Origin: an uncultured virus (IMG/VR IMGVR_UViG_3300032331_001801)
Lineage: Duplodnaviria; Heunggongvirae; Uroviricota; Caudoviricetes
Virus record (IMG/VR): IMGVR_UViG_3300032331_001801
Length of the DNA: 61,140 nt
Strand: one strand, 5' to 3'
How positions within the stretch are numbered: the first letter of the stretch is position 1; each line of letters starts with the position of its first letter. A program made the translations under genes and the position numbers. Shown in pieces: positions 18,529 to 27,161 of the stretch. The notes under the pieces are model-generated. The model was not told the DNA's origin. It was given only the letters and a program-made list of their open reading frames with translations, and ran no database searches.

Positions 18529-20661
18529 TTAAGTCTTATGGATTTCACTTGACAACTCAGGGTCTTTCTGAAACTTATCTGAATTGTCTGACTTCTTACC
18601 TTTAGCAGCATCCTTGACGATCTGTGCTCGACGAGACATGCCTTGCTGCTTACCCTTCATTTCCCCTTCAGTTGGCTCGGATGCAGATTCTTTTACGGGC
18701 TTCTGCTGCATTCTTTTTTCTATTTCTTTTGCTGTATGAACATTGGTAAGAGGATTCTGTTGACGTTTAGATGCAGCAATAAAATTCTTATTGTTCTTTT
18801 CGATTTTTCTGCGGTAATCATTCTCATCTTCATCAATGATTTCGACTTCTTCTTTTACAGATTTAGATTTGGGTGCCATTGCTTTATACATAGATTTTGT
18901 CAAAGCTTTGTTGATCCCTTTAGCCCTAAGATGTGCCTGTGGAGTTGATTTATGAACATACGAGTGCAAAGTTTTATTTGACAACTCATCAATCTGTTCA
19001 ACTTCTTCATTCACATGACCGTATTTCTTTTTATACCAATCAGGCATACCATTTTTCTGACGGAAATGACGTACTGTTGCTGAATCATTTGCTTGATCAC
19101 GGTATTTGTTTTCTGAATCTGGGTTGTGACCTTTCATTGCTTCGGCAGCGGCATGTGCATCTTTGGCAATGTGAACCAATGCTTCATTAGACTTCTTGTG
19201 ATACTCATGACCTTCTAAAGGATGACGTTGTGATGCACGACCTTCATCCAATTCAACTTCTTCTTTGACGGGATGATATCCTTGTTGTTTATATCTTTCA
19301 ACTGATCTTTTAGTTACAACCAATTCTTTACCTGATTTGTGATGTCTTACTTTAGTGGTTTCTTCTTTAGATGGAACCGCACCTTCATTCATTTCTGAAC
19401 GCATGTAATTGGCAACGGTTGACAAATAATCTTCTGCAAGAGTAATCTTCGATTGGCACCATTCAGCAAGATTTGTATTATCATCTATCATGTCGTGCAA
19501 TTCTTTGGCATGATGCATGATTGAACGCAAATCAGATTTAGCCATGTCACCTTCGTAATCGTACTCTTGTGAATCTTTTGCTTCGGCAACTTTACGGAAA
19601 CCATGTTGCTTGAAAGTTCCATAAGAACTGGCTTTGATCTTTTGTTTTACATTAGAACCTTTTTTAAACACAGTAATGTCATCACCTAAAGCTTCTTTTA
19701 GTTTTGGATGTGTTTGTTTCAACTTGTCCCCTAAATCAGTTAGAGCAGTTTTTAGTCTTTTCTGTAATTCTGTTTTTGGACGGGATGGTATATTCTCCAA
19801 TTCACTACCATCTTTTGGCGGTGGATTCCTGTCGTATTGGTAAATATTTCCACGACCACCTCCCCCGCTACCCATACCACCAATCCTAAATGATTCTTTC
19901 ACCACTTCTTCAGAAACCTGTGATGATTTTAAAATACCTTTGATCAAAGGTGCTTTTAATTGTTTATGTCGCGGGACAGCAATCACATTCTTAGCTTTAG
20001 GATGTTTGTAGATATCGTGACCACCAGATGTACGAGCAATAGCCCAACCTTTCGATTTAAGGTGTGCATGTACATCACGTGTCTTCATACTGGATTCTGG
20101 CATCTCATCCAACAATTCAACTTCTTCTTTAGCTAATCTCATTGATGCTTTAGTGATACCGGAAACACGTTTAACCATTTTATCTTTATCTTTATCTTTA
20201 GTGATGTCGTATTTTCTGTGTTCGGGATCGTCTGACCACGCACCTTTACCTGACTTTTGACCCACACTAAGAGAACGTTTAGCCAAATCAACAGCGGCTG
20301 ATGATGTGTAATTAGCTAAAGTTCCCTTTGAAATTTCATCAAGTTGCTCAACTTCTTCTTCCATCTTACCCTTATGCTTCTGACCACGAACATCTTTTAA
20401 CATTTTTCTGATATCTTTATGTTTTCCTGCGCCAACAGTCTTGGCATTTTTAGCCACAAAATTACGTGGTTTAAGTTCTGTCTGCTTTTCTTCTTTCATT
20501 GCATCAATTTCTGCCTTTTTCTGCGCTGCCATCTGTTTGTAATGAGATGGATCAGGCAACCCCTTTGCTTTGCGGATTGCCTGTTGTGATTGATTAAGAC
20601 GTTCAGCAGCAGTAGGTGTAGGCTCTTTGATGTTGATTTTGATTTTGCCTAACTTACGCAT
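18529..20661 (-). CDS. modular head-internal polyprotein-like protein containing a HicA-fold domain
   Basis: Repeated (K/N)EEVE(Q/L/I)(L/I)DE linkers; internal MKTRDVHAHLKSKGWAIARTSGGHDIYKHP..IAVPRHKQLKAPLIKGILK matches the HicA pattern. Confidence 0.7.
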   Translation of the reverse strand: MRKLGKIKINIKEPTPTAAERLNQSQQAIRKAKGLPDPSHYKQMAAQKKAEIDAMKEEKQTELKPRNFVAKNAKTVGAGKHKDIRKMLKDVRGQKHKGKMEEEVEQLDEISKGTLANYTSSAAVDLAKRSLSVGQKSGKGAWSDDPEHRKYDITKDKDKDKMVKRVSGITKASMRLAKEEVELLDEMPESSMKTRDVHAHLKSKGWAIARTSGGHDIYKHPKAKNVIAVPRHKQLKAPLIKGILKSSQVSEEVVKESFRIGGMGSGGGGRGNIYQYDRNPPPKDGSELENIPSRPKTELQKRLKTALTDLGDKLKQTHPKLKEALGDDITVFKKGSNVKQKIKASSYGTFKQHGFRKVAEAKDSQEYDYEGDMAKSDLRSIMHHAKELHDMIDDNTNLAEWCQSKITLAEDYLSTVANYMRSEMNEGAVPSKEETTKVRHHKSGKELVVTKRSVERYKQQGYHPVKEEVELDEGRASQRHPLEGHEYHKKSNEALVHIAKDAHAAAEAMKGHNPDSENKYRDQANDSATVRHFRQKNGMPDWYKKKYGHVNEEVEQIDELSNKTLHSYVHKSTPQAHLRAKGINKALTKSMYKAMAPKSKSVKEEVEIIDEDENDYRRKIEKNNKNFIAASKRQQNPLTNVHTAKEIEKRMQQKPVKESASEPTEGEMKGKQQGMSRRAQIVKDAAKGKKSDNSDKFQKDPELSSEIHKT

Positions 20662-20663
20662 AA

Positions 20664-21998
20664 TTAATCCTTCTTAGCTTGCTTGGTTGCAGTTGCGTAC
20701 ATAACTTCTTTGGCACGATCACCATAACGAGCTTTGAAACCAGAAAGACCTTTCTTCATTGATTTGACAGTTTCTTCTTTCTTTTTAGTTTCGGCAGCAG
20801 TTAGATGACGCTCATCCAATGATTCTTTCACCATACGTTTAGCTGTTGAATGTGCATCGTCTTTGTCATTTGTGAAGTAATCAGCAGGTTCGTGATGTTT
20901 ACCACCCTTAAAAAGTTTTACGTGATAAGGATCACCTTCGTTATGTTCACCAGATAACTTGTAAACTTTAGATTCGTGACCACCTGCGTTTTTATAAGAA
21001 CCTTCTAATTTACGGGCTTCACCAAGTTCAACTGACTCTTGCTTCACAGCTTGAACGGATGCTTTAGCAACTTCTGCTTTCTTACCTTTACCTTCGGCTT
21101 TTGCTTTCTGTGCATTAACTTCTTTGGTGAATGTTTCGTTGTCAACTTCTTCAACAACAGTCTCAACAAATCCGTTGACATCATCAGCATCGATAACTTC
21201 AACTTCGGTGTCGCCAAACTTTACTGACTTGGTGCTCATCATAGAAAGAACTTTAAGACCGTGTTCGTTGTACAACTCAAGCATTTCGGTCATGCTTTTC
21301 TTTTCTTCAGGCTGTTTGCTGCCGCCATATGCTTTACCTGGCTTCTTACCAGCACTACCACTTGGTTGTGGTTTGTTCTTGTCTTTCATGTACTTTTCCA
21401 TATCATCAAAACCTTCTTCGACTTTCTTCTCGGTCTTCTCTGGCTTACGTGAATATGCAGTACCCTTATCGGTTTTCTTTTTCTCAAAAGAACTTTCTTT
21501 GTTCTTATCTTTCATGTACTTGTCCATGTCATCAAAGCCTTCTTTGACGCTACCAGGAACTGGAAAGTAACCATGCTTTTCATAAGTTTTAACTGCTATA
21601 GCAGGAATCATCAACTCTTTACCTGATTTCTTGTTACGAACATGAACCTCGCCTTTTTCCTCACCCAACTCAACTGCTTCGGATGTTGGTTTGTAACCTT
21701 TCAAACGATTATAAGCATTGGTCATACCTTTGACATCTTTTTTGTCAGTCGTTGGCTTTTCCATTTTTTTCATAACATACGATTTAACTGTAGACTTGCT
21801 CAGTTCATCGAGTTGTTCTTCTTCTTTCAGCTTACCCGCAAGTTTAGCTGCACGAATGCGTGAACCGAGATATTCGTCTTTACCACTTTCAATCTTACCG
21901 TCTTGATCGTGGTCTTTCTTGGCCATCTTTTCTGCTTCCATAATCTTTGCTACTGCTTCTGTTACACCTTTCAGTGCTTTATCATTGAACATTGACAT
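20664..21998 (-). CDS. modular Lys/Glu-rich head-internal protein
   Basis: EEQLDELS, VELGE and VKE motifs; duplicated EGFDDM(D/E)KYMKDKNK; C-terminal YGDRAKEVMYATATKQAK. Confidence 0.7.
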   Translation of the reverse strand: MSMFNDKALKGVTEAVAKIMEAEKMAKKDHDQDGKIESGKDEYLGSRIRAAKLAGKLKEEEQLDELSKSTVKSYVMKKMEKPTTDKKDVKGMTNAYNRLKGYKPTSEAVELGEEKGEVHVRNKKSGKELMIPAIAVKTYEKHGYFPVPGSVKEGFDDMDKYMKDKNKESSFEKKKTDKGTAYSRKPEKTEKKVEEGFDDMEKYMKDKNKPQPSGSAGKKPGKAYGGSKQPEEKKSMTEMLELYNEHGLKVLSMMSTKSVKFGDTEVEVIDADDVNGFVETVVEEVDNETFTKEVNAQKAKAEGKGKKAEVAKASVQAVKQESVELGEARKLEGSYKNAGGHESKVYKLSGEHNEGDPYHVKLFKGGKHHEPADYFTNDKDDAHSTAKRMVKESLDERHLTAAETKKKEETVKSMKKGLSGFKARYGDRAKEVMYATATKQAKKD

Positions 21999-22019
21999 TT
22001 AAGTCTCCTATTTTGTTTT

Positions 22020-22856
22020 TTAGCAATTCCATTTACGCAAAGACTTATTGATACGTGAATCTGGATCACGTGCAGTCTCTGCTGATGTTAGTCTACGTTT
22101 CATACCAGACATTCTGGCACAAAATGATTTTCTTCTATTTGCTGCTTTAGAACCCGCTTTCAATTTACTTGGCTCTGTTGTTACAGCCATAGATAACTTT
22201 GAACCTGGATTTTCAGCGCGATAAGATGCTATACCTTTTCGATTCAAACCACCTTCGGGATTCTTACCCTCTTTGCGTTGCCATGCAGCAACTTCATCCA
22301 ACGCTGCTTCAGCAATGAATGCACCGAATGATAATAATTTAGCTGATTCTTTTTTAGTTTTGTTTCCCCAATTAGCAGCACCAACTTTACGGCACTTGAC
22401 TAATGCACCAGATGCATATGCACTTGGCCATACGGAGTAACGGGATTTCACTTTAGTTGTACATGCATCTTCATTTACAAATTCTTCGGTAGCAACATTG
22501 ATCGCCTTACCACTCCTATTCGGATTTGGGTCTTTCATTCGTTTTCTCCTTGCCGCTGCATCTTCTTCTTTGTCTGACATATTTGCTGCCATCTTTGAAC
22601 TGCCACATTTAGGTTTCGTTGTTTGTCCTGGCTGTTTGGCACACGATTTTCCTGCATATCTACCGCCTATTTGTACCCAACCAGGTTTACCATCAGACGA
22701 TTTACTTTTTGTAAACCAATCATGCAATGAAGAGTCACCCGATTTAGTTTCTTCTTTGACGCAAGAACCTTTTGAGTATGGTTTTTTACCTGGCACAGGT
22801 TTATGACCTGCCCAACACCGACCTGTTTCATCTAAAAATTGACTAAATTTTTTCAT
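22020..22856 (-). CDS. modular protein with capsid-targeting-like N-terminus
   Basis: MKKFSQFLDE start; four modules separated by KEE/NE/LDE; C-terminal AAWQRKEGKNPEGGLN...RINKSLRKWNC. Confidence 0.75.
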   Translation of the reverse strand: MKKFSQFLDETGRCWAGHKPVPGKKPYSKGSCVKEETKSGDSSLHDWFTKSKSSDGKPGWVQIGGRYAGKSCAKQPGQTTKPKCGSSKMAANMSDKEEDAAARRKRMKDPNPNRSGKAINVATEEFVNEDACTTKVKSRYSVWPSAYASGALVKCRKVGAANWGNKTKKESAKLLSFGAFIAEAALDEVAAWQRKEGKNPEGGLNRKGIASYRAENPGSKLSMAVTTEPSKLKAGSKAANRRKSFCARMSGMKRRLTSAETARDPDSRINKSLRKWNC

Positions 22857-24514
22857 ACGAAATTTCTCTTTTTAAATGAAAGTAAACTAATGCCTCTTTT
22901 CTTCAATTCATCTTCTTTCTGATCACCAATAGATGCGCCTGTTTCATCACCAGTTAATTCTTTAATTGGCACAACCTGTGTTGCCTTACCCCTCTTACTC
23001 AATTTTTCACCCGTATCACGACCTGTTCCTTCACCTGCACTTGCCATTGAAAGACCTGGTTCTATCCCTTTGTCGATTGACTCTTGGATTTTCTTGCTCC
23101 AGTTTTCTTTGATCTGGTTGAGGGAGATTTTGGTGCGGGTTTGACTTCCGGTTCCGTTGAAGGACTCACTGACGGGTTTGTCGAGGGCTGGCTTTTCTTT
23201 TCTTCTAGCACTGGCTCGACCCTTTGATAATTCTGCGGCGGTAGTGGCTGGAACAGTTTGAGAATAGACTGAATCCATTGAGTTAAATTCGTTAGCATAG
23301 AGTTCATTGATGTTTTCCTCTTTAAGTTTGACAATGTAGCCTTTTGGATGTTTATGAACCTCACCGTTTTTCACATGAGCTTCTTTTGCTGCTGAATTGC
23401 GTAAAACAAATACACGAACATTACCGTTTCTATCAGTAATATGTTTCTCTTTAGGAATATTTTCATTTAAGAAACTTTGAAATTCAGAATCAAAATTTTC
23501 TTTCTTAACATCTTTTGGTAATTTTGATTTAGATTTAATATCCGTCAATTTTTGTTTTTGAGAAGTTTTCATTCCAACATTACTACCAGAACTTCCACTA
23601 ACTGGAACTCTTGGTGTAAGTGGTTTTTTATTTGTAATTTCTACTAAGCTGTCATGAACTGAACGATGAGTAACTTTACCATTCTTACCATAACGTCCAA
23701 AACCGTAATATTCTAATCCCAACTCACGTGCTTTATCACCAGCACTCGAATTCGGATGTGGTTCAGCTTTCTTATTAATGGGTGTTGTGTCTTTACGAGA
23801 CATTTCATTTGCAACCCATTCTTTAGACTGATTGTTTTTTGGTTTAGAATTTACAAATTTAGCAACATCCTTGTATATTGCTTGTAACTCTTTATCTTTT
23901 TCATCTTTGGTTGCTTGATCTATATTTCTAGCATCAAAGGAATTGTCAAACTCAACATAGTTATCACGAAACATTTTTGCTAGTTCGGGTCTTGCAGACT
24001 GTACAGCATCCCATTTTTGTTTACGAATATTTTCTGGAACAGTACGACCACCACGCTGACCACGCTCAATATTTCTACTCTGAGATACTTCGTCATCAGT
24101 GTTGACCATCACGCATTTCGTTTCGTATCCCATCTTCTCAAGTGTCTTCTTGATTCTTTTATACTTTTCGGGATCGTCACCTGTACCATTAATGATTAAA
24201 CCATTACGACCATGAAGTGCTAATCGTTGACGGAGTTCTGTAACATTCTTGGCACGTTTACGTGCTTCATTACGCTGTGCTTCTTCATTGTCTGGCATCC
24301 TTTTATCAAGGTCTTCCTTATCCATCAAATACTCAAGTGCCTTGTCGGAATTAATTTCCACAAGACCGTGACCATCTAATGTGTTATTAAGGACGTAATC
24401 CTTACCGGAGCCTGGACCACCAGCCAAAAAGACTGCTTTAAAGATACCCTTATCGTGGATACCTTCAAGTAGAGTATCTTTTAAAATTTGATTGTAGTTA
24501 TTTTCTGAATCCAT
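22853..24514 (-). CDS. P-loop kinase (zeta toxin/AAA_33-like) with modular C-terminal extension
   Basis: FLAGGPGSGKD Walker A, INSD, IINGTG, RGGRTVPE. Confidence 0.75.
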   Translation of the reverse strand: MDSENNYNQILKDTLLEGIHDKGIFKAVFLAGGPGSGKDYVLNNTLDGHGLVEINSDKALEYLMDKEDLDKRMPDNEEAQRNEARKRAKNVTELRQRLALHGRNGLIINGTGDDPEKYKRIKKTLEKMGYETKCVMVNTDDEVSQSRNIERGQRGGRTVPENIRKQKWDAVQSARPELAKMFRDNYVEFDNSFDARNIDQATKDEKDKELQAIYKDVAKFVNSKPKNNQSKEWVANEMSRKDTTPINKKAEPHPNSSAGDKARELGLEYYGFGRYGKNGKVTHRSVHDSLVEITNKKPLTPRVPVSGSSGSNVGMKTSQKQKLTDIKSKSKLPKDVKKENFDSEFQSFLNENIPKEKHITDRNGNVRVFVLRNSAAKEAHVKNGEVHKHPKGYIVKLKEENINELYANEFNSMDSVYSQTVPATTAAELSKGRASARRKEKPALDKPVSESFNGTGSQTRTKISLNQIKENWSKKIQESIDKGIEPGLSMASAGEGTGRDTGEKLSKRGKATQVVPIKELTGDETGASIGDQKEDELKKRGISLLSFKKRNFV

Positions 24515-24531
24515 ATCTCTATTGTATAAAG

Positions 24532-24609
24532 TAGAGGCAGGATATTTGGACGGAATTCGTTTACCGAATTCGTATTGACATGCCTCTATAGCAGTTTTTT
24601 ATATTTAGG
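24532..24609 (-). promoter_or_regulatory. late-promoter-like CTAAATA followed by a nested stem-loop leader
   Basis: Outer stem TAGAGGCA/TGCCTCTA (24532-24539 with 24581-24588), inner stem GAATTCG/CGAATTC (24553-24571). Confidence 0.5.
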
Positions 24610-24611
24610 CA

Positions 24612-25319
24612 TTAATAAATTTCGGTCAAACCAGTACCTGCCATGATGCCTTGGCAGTGGATCGTATCTAATTCCACCAGTAAGTCCTTGTTTATATTGA
24701 CAAAATGTGCATGTTCGGTGTCAATTCTGGTCTGGAGAACCAATGAAATATTAGTTTCACATAATTTCATATAGTCTTCCATAAGGGTCGGACAGAAGGA
24801 AAACATGCGAGTAATCAATAGGTCTGTGGCAAATTCGTTGCGGGAATCTGACAACCATGTAGGCATACGTTTCTTAAAGACATACTTACCTTCTAACATA
24901 TGTTCCCCAACATCAAACCCATCTATCAAATCTGTTCTGGCAGATATTTTGACTATACGTCCAACGTGAGACATAATTTCTTTCATACCCTCATCCTGCT
25001 CTAAAAGCATCAGAGTTTTTAACATCAAAAGATTCTCTGCTTCACTCTTTCGATGATTCACTGCCAGTTCAGATATCTGTGCATCCGTAGAGAAGTCGGC
25101 AGCAAAGTTTGCAAAGTGTGACAGTATCTTCAACTTCTCTGGTTCAACTTGGTGTGGTGATCCCTCTGCCAAAAGAATGATGGCATCTGGCACATACTTA
25201 CGAATTGATATCAAACCTTTTACGGTTTGTTCAAGTCTATCATTACGACTGACCACACCCATATCAGCATTCAGTGCTGATGTTACGATGAATAATATTT
25301 TGTCTTTTATTGGTGCCAT
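24612..25319 (-). CDS. hypothetical protein, GT-A-like
   Basis: FIVTSA...RLEQT...ILLAEGS...IVKISAR pattern typical of glycan-locus proteins. Confidence 0.55.
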   Translation of the reverse strand: MAPIKDKILFIVTSALNADMGVVSRNDRLEQTVKGLISIRKYVPDAIILLAEGSPHQVEPEKLKILSHFANFAADFSTDAQISELAVNHRKSEAENLLMLKTLMLLEQDEGMKEIMSHVGRIVKISARTDLIDGFDVGEHMLEGKYVFKKRMPTWLSDSRNEFATDLLITRMFSFCPTLMEDYMKLCETNISLVLQTRIDTEHAHFVNINKDLLVELDTIHCQGIMAGTGLTEIY

Positions 25320-25984
25320 TCTGTACTCGGAAATAGTTTAATTGTCTTGTATTCTACTTTTTCAGTCTTACAAATAAATGAAATCAGATTAGCAATCTCT
25401 TCTGGTTTCATAAATTTATCTGGTGCATTATTAGGATTGGTTCTTTGCATCGGTGTCTGAATACTGCCAGGATGAATGCTAGTAACAGATATACCACGAC
25501 TCTGTAGTTCTTTACCCAACACACCAGCAAATGCTGTGAGCGCATGTTTGGATGCACCATAGATTGCTTCATGCTCTATCTCATACAAACCAGAAACTGA
25601 ATTGATGAAGAATATGCGTGATCCTGATGGCATCCACTTCAATGCTTCATTGGTCACATACATGGCACCTTTGACATTGACATCAATTACTTTATCGATT
25701 GCTTCATGATTTTGTGCTGCAAACTTTCCACCAGTAAACACACCAGCATTATTGACTAGAACATCAGTGTATTGATTCGTATATTTGAATGCTAATCTAA
25801 CGTCATCGTAACTTGAAATATCACACTCAACCCATGTAAAATCTTCTGGAAATTTCAAGAAACTTTCTGGTGGTTTACTGCGTGATAGACCATAGACATA
25901 ATAACCATCGTCGATTAATTTACGACAAATCTCTGCACCCAAACCATAACTACAACCTGTCACTACAGCATTCTTTCTAATCAT
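25307..25984 (-). CDS. short-chain dehydrogenase/reductase (SDR)
   Basis: VVTGCSYGLG, LVNNAG, YGASK, IHPG. Confidence 0.9.
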   Translation of the reverse strand: MIRKNAVVTGCSYGLGAEICRKLIDDGYYVYGLSRSKPPESFLKFPEDFTWVECDISSYDDVRLAFKYTNQYTDVLVNNAGVFTGGKFAAQNHEAIDKVIDVNVKGAMYVTNEALKWMPSGSRIFFINSVSGLYEIEHEAIYGASKHALTAFAGVLGKELQSRGISVTSIHPGSIQTPMQRTNPNNAPDKFMKPEEIANLISFICKTEKVEYKTIKLFPSTEWHQ

Positions 25985-27161
25985 GATAAGTCCTAAAAAG
26001 TGCGATTGCGTATTCCATTTCTTTCTCTGTGATATCATTCACAATTCTATAATTACCTATACTTATTGGCAATGGTGCATATTGATTACCGTTTCTATGT
26101 TTGGTTGCATCTGCTAAACTTTGTTGAAGCAATTCTATCTTCATGAAATCTTCATGATATGTTTTTAATTTCAATCTTGTTGCTAAATCAAATATTCTAG
26201 CAAGTGTTGATGTATCAATATAGCCACGTAGACATGCAATACATGAACTGTACAAACAATCAAGTGCTACCGCTTCACCATGCAGCAACATAGTATCTTT
26301 TGTAAAGTATGGGGGATTGTCTGGATCAAATTCCTGTGTAAGATTCTTCATCTCAATTACAGGACTGAATGTATGACCAAAATCTACACAACGATCAAGT
26401 TTTCTTTCCCATAGATTTGGACCAAGTTCAGCAATCATATCTGTGATAGCAAGATTAATTACACGAACTGGCACTGCACCATGCTGAAACTTCTCTTCAA
26501 TTAATAGTTCGGCATTCTCTTCGAGCAGAGCAAACAGTTCTGGTGATTTGATAATCGCTAACTTGAATATCTCAGCAATACCATTAATAATTTCACGTTC
26601 ACTTTGTGTTTTGATAAACTTCTTGTCGATCAATGTAGCAACTGGTGGATAGTATGCACCAAGTCGATTACGTCTTTCAAAGTGATTAACTGCTACTTTT
26701 GAACCTACGGAAGCATCAACAATGGCCAGTAGAGTAGTTGGGACTTTGACGTATGGGATTCCACGACGATATATGCTGCAAGCAAAGCCAACAATGTCAA
26801 GCAACACACCACCACCAATGGCGATAATCGGTTCACGGCGTAGAACTCCTTCATCTTCAAAAAATTGTAAAATATAGTCTGCATCTTCCCAATTCTTACT
26901 CTCTTCGTTAGTATCAATAACCAACATAGAATATTTGACATTGTGGGAGTTGAAATACTCCATCAGTTGAACTGCATAAAACTTGTGAACATTCTGATCA
27001 ATAACAATCATCACTCGATTGTTGGTACTATATGAAACCAAATCGTGATTTAAAGGATTGAAAATATCAGCAGAGTATGTCAGTTTAAACTCTACGGGTA
27101 ATTCTGTTTTGACTGTCCAAGTCCGTTTGAACTTGTCGTAATCCATCATAAAATCATTCAT
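25977..27161 (-). CDS. sedoheptulose-7-phosphate cyclase, 2-epi-5-epi-valiolone synthase (EEVS)-like
   Basis: GGGVLLDIVG, YRRGIPY..VPTTL, RNRLGAYYPP, MIAELGPNLWE, RCVDFGHTFSP, LLHGEAV. Confidence 0.85.
   Translation of the reverse strand: MNDFMMDYDKFKRTWTVKTELPVEFKLTYSADIFNPLNHDLVSYSTNNRVMIVIDQNVHKFYAVQLMEYFNSHNVKYSMLVIDTNEESKNWEDADYILQFFEDEGVLRREPIIAIGGGVLLDIVGFACSIYRRGIPYVKVPTTLLAIVDASVGSKVAVNHFERRNRLGAYYPPVATLIDKKFIKTQSEREIINGIAEIFKLAIIKSPELFALLEENAELLIEEKFQHGAVPVRVINLAITDMIAELGPNLWERKLDRCVDFGHTFSPVIEMKNLTQEFDPDNPPYFTKDTMLLHGEAVALDCLYSSCIACLRGYIDTSTLARIFDLATRLKLKTYHEDFMKIELLQQSLADATKHRNGNQYAPLPISIGNYRIVNDITEKEMEYAIALFRTYHD

Noticed and set aside
18529..21998. CRISPR array or DGR-type repeats
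   Set aside because: The repeats are in-frame, degenerate protein-coding motifs without regular spacers; no reverse transcriptase or cas gene is present.
25977..27161. Cyclase as 3-dehydroquinate synthase (aroB) or as an MAA/gadusol sunscreen gene
   Set aside because: The PNLWE and VDFGHTFSP motifs fit EEVS rather than AroB or DDGS. No ATP-grasp/NRPS (MAA) or MT-Ox fusion (gadusol) gene is adjacent; the context is nucleotide-sugar-like. A gadusol-like product is not fully excluded.
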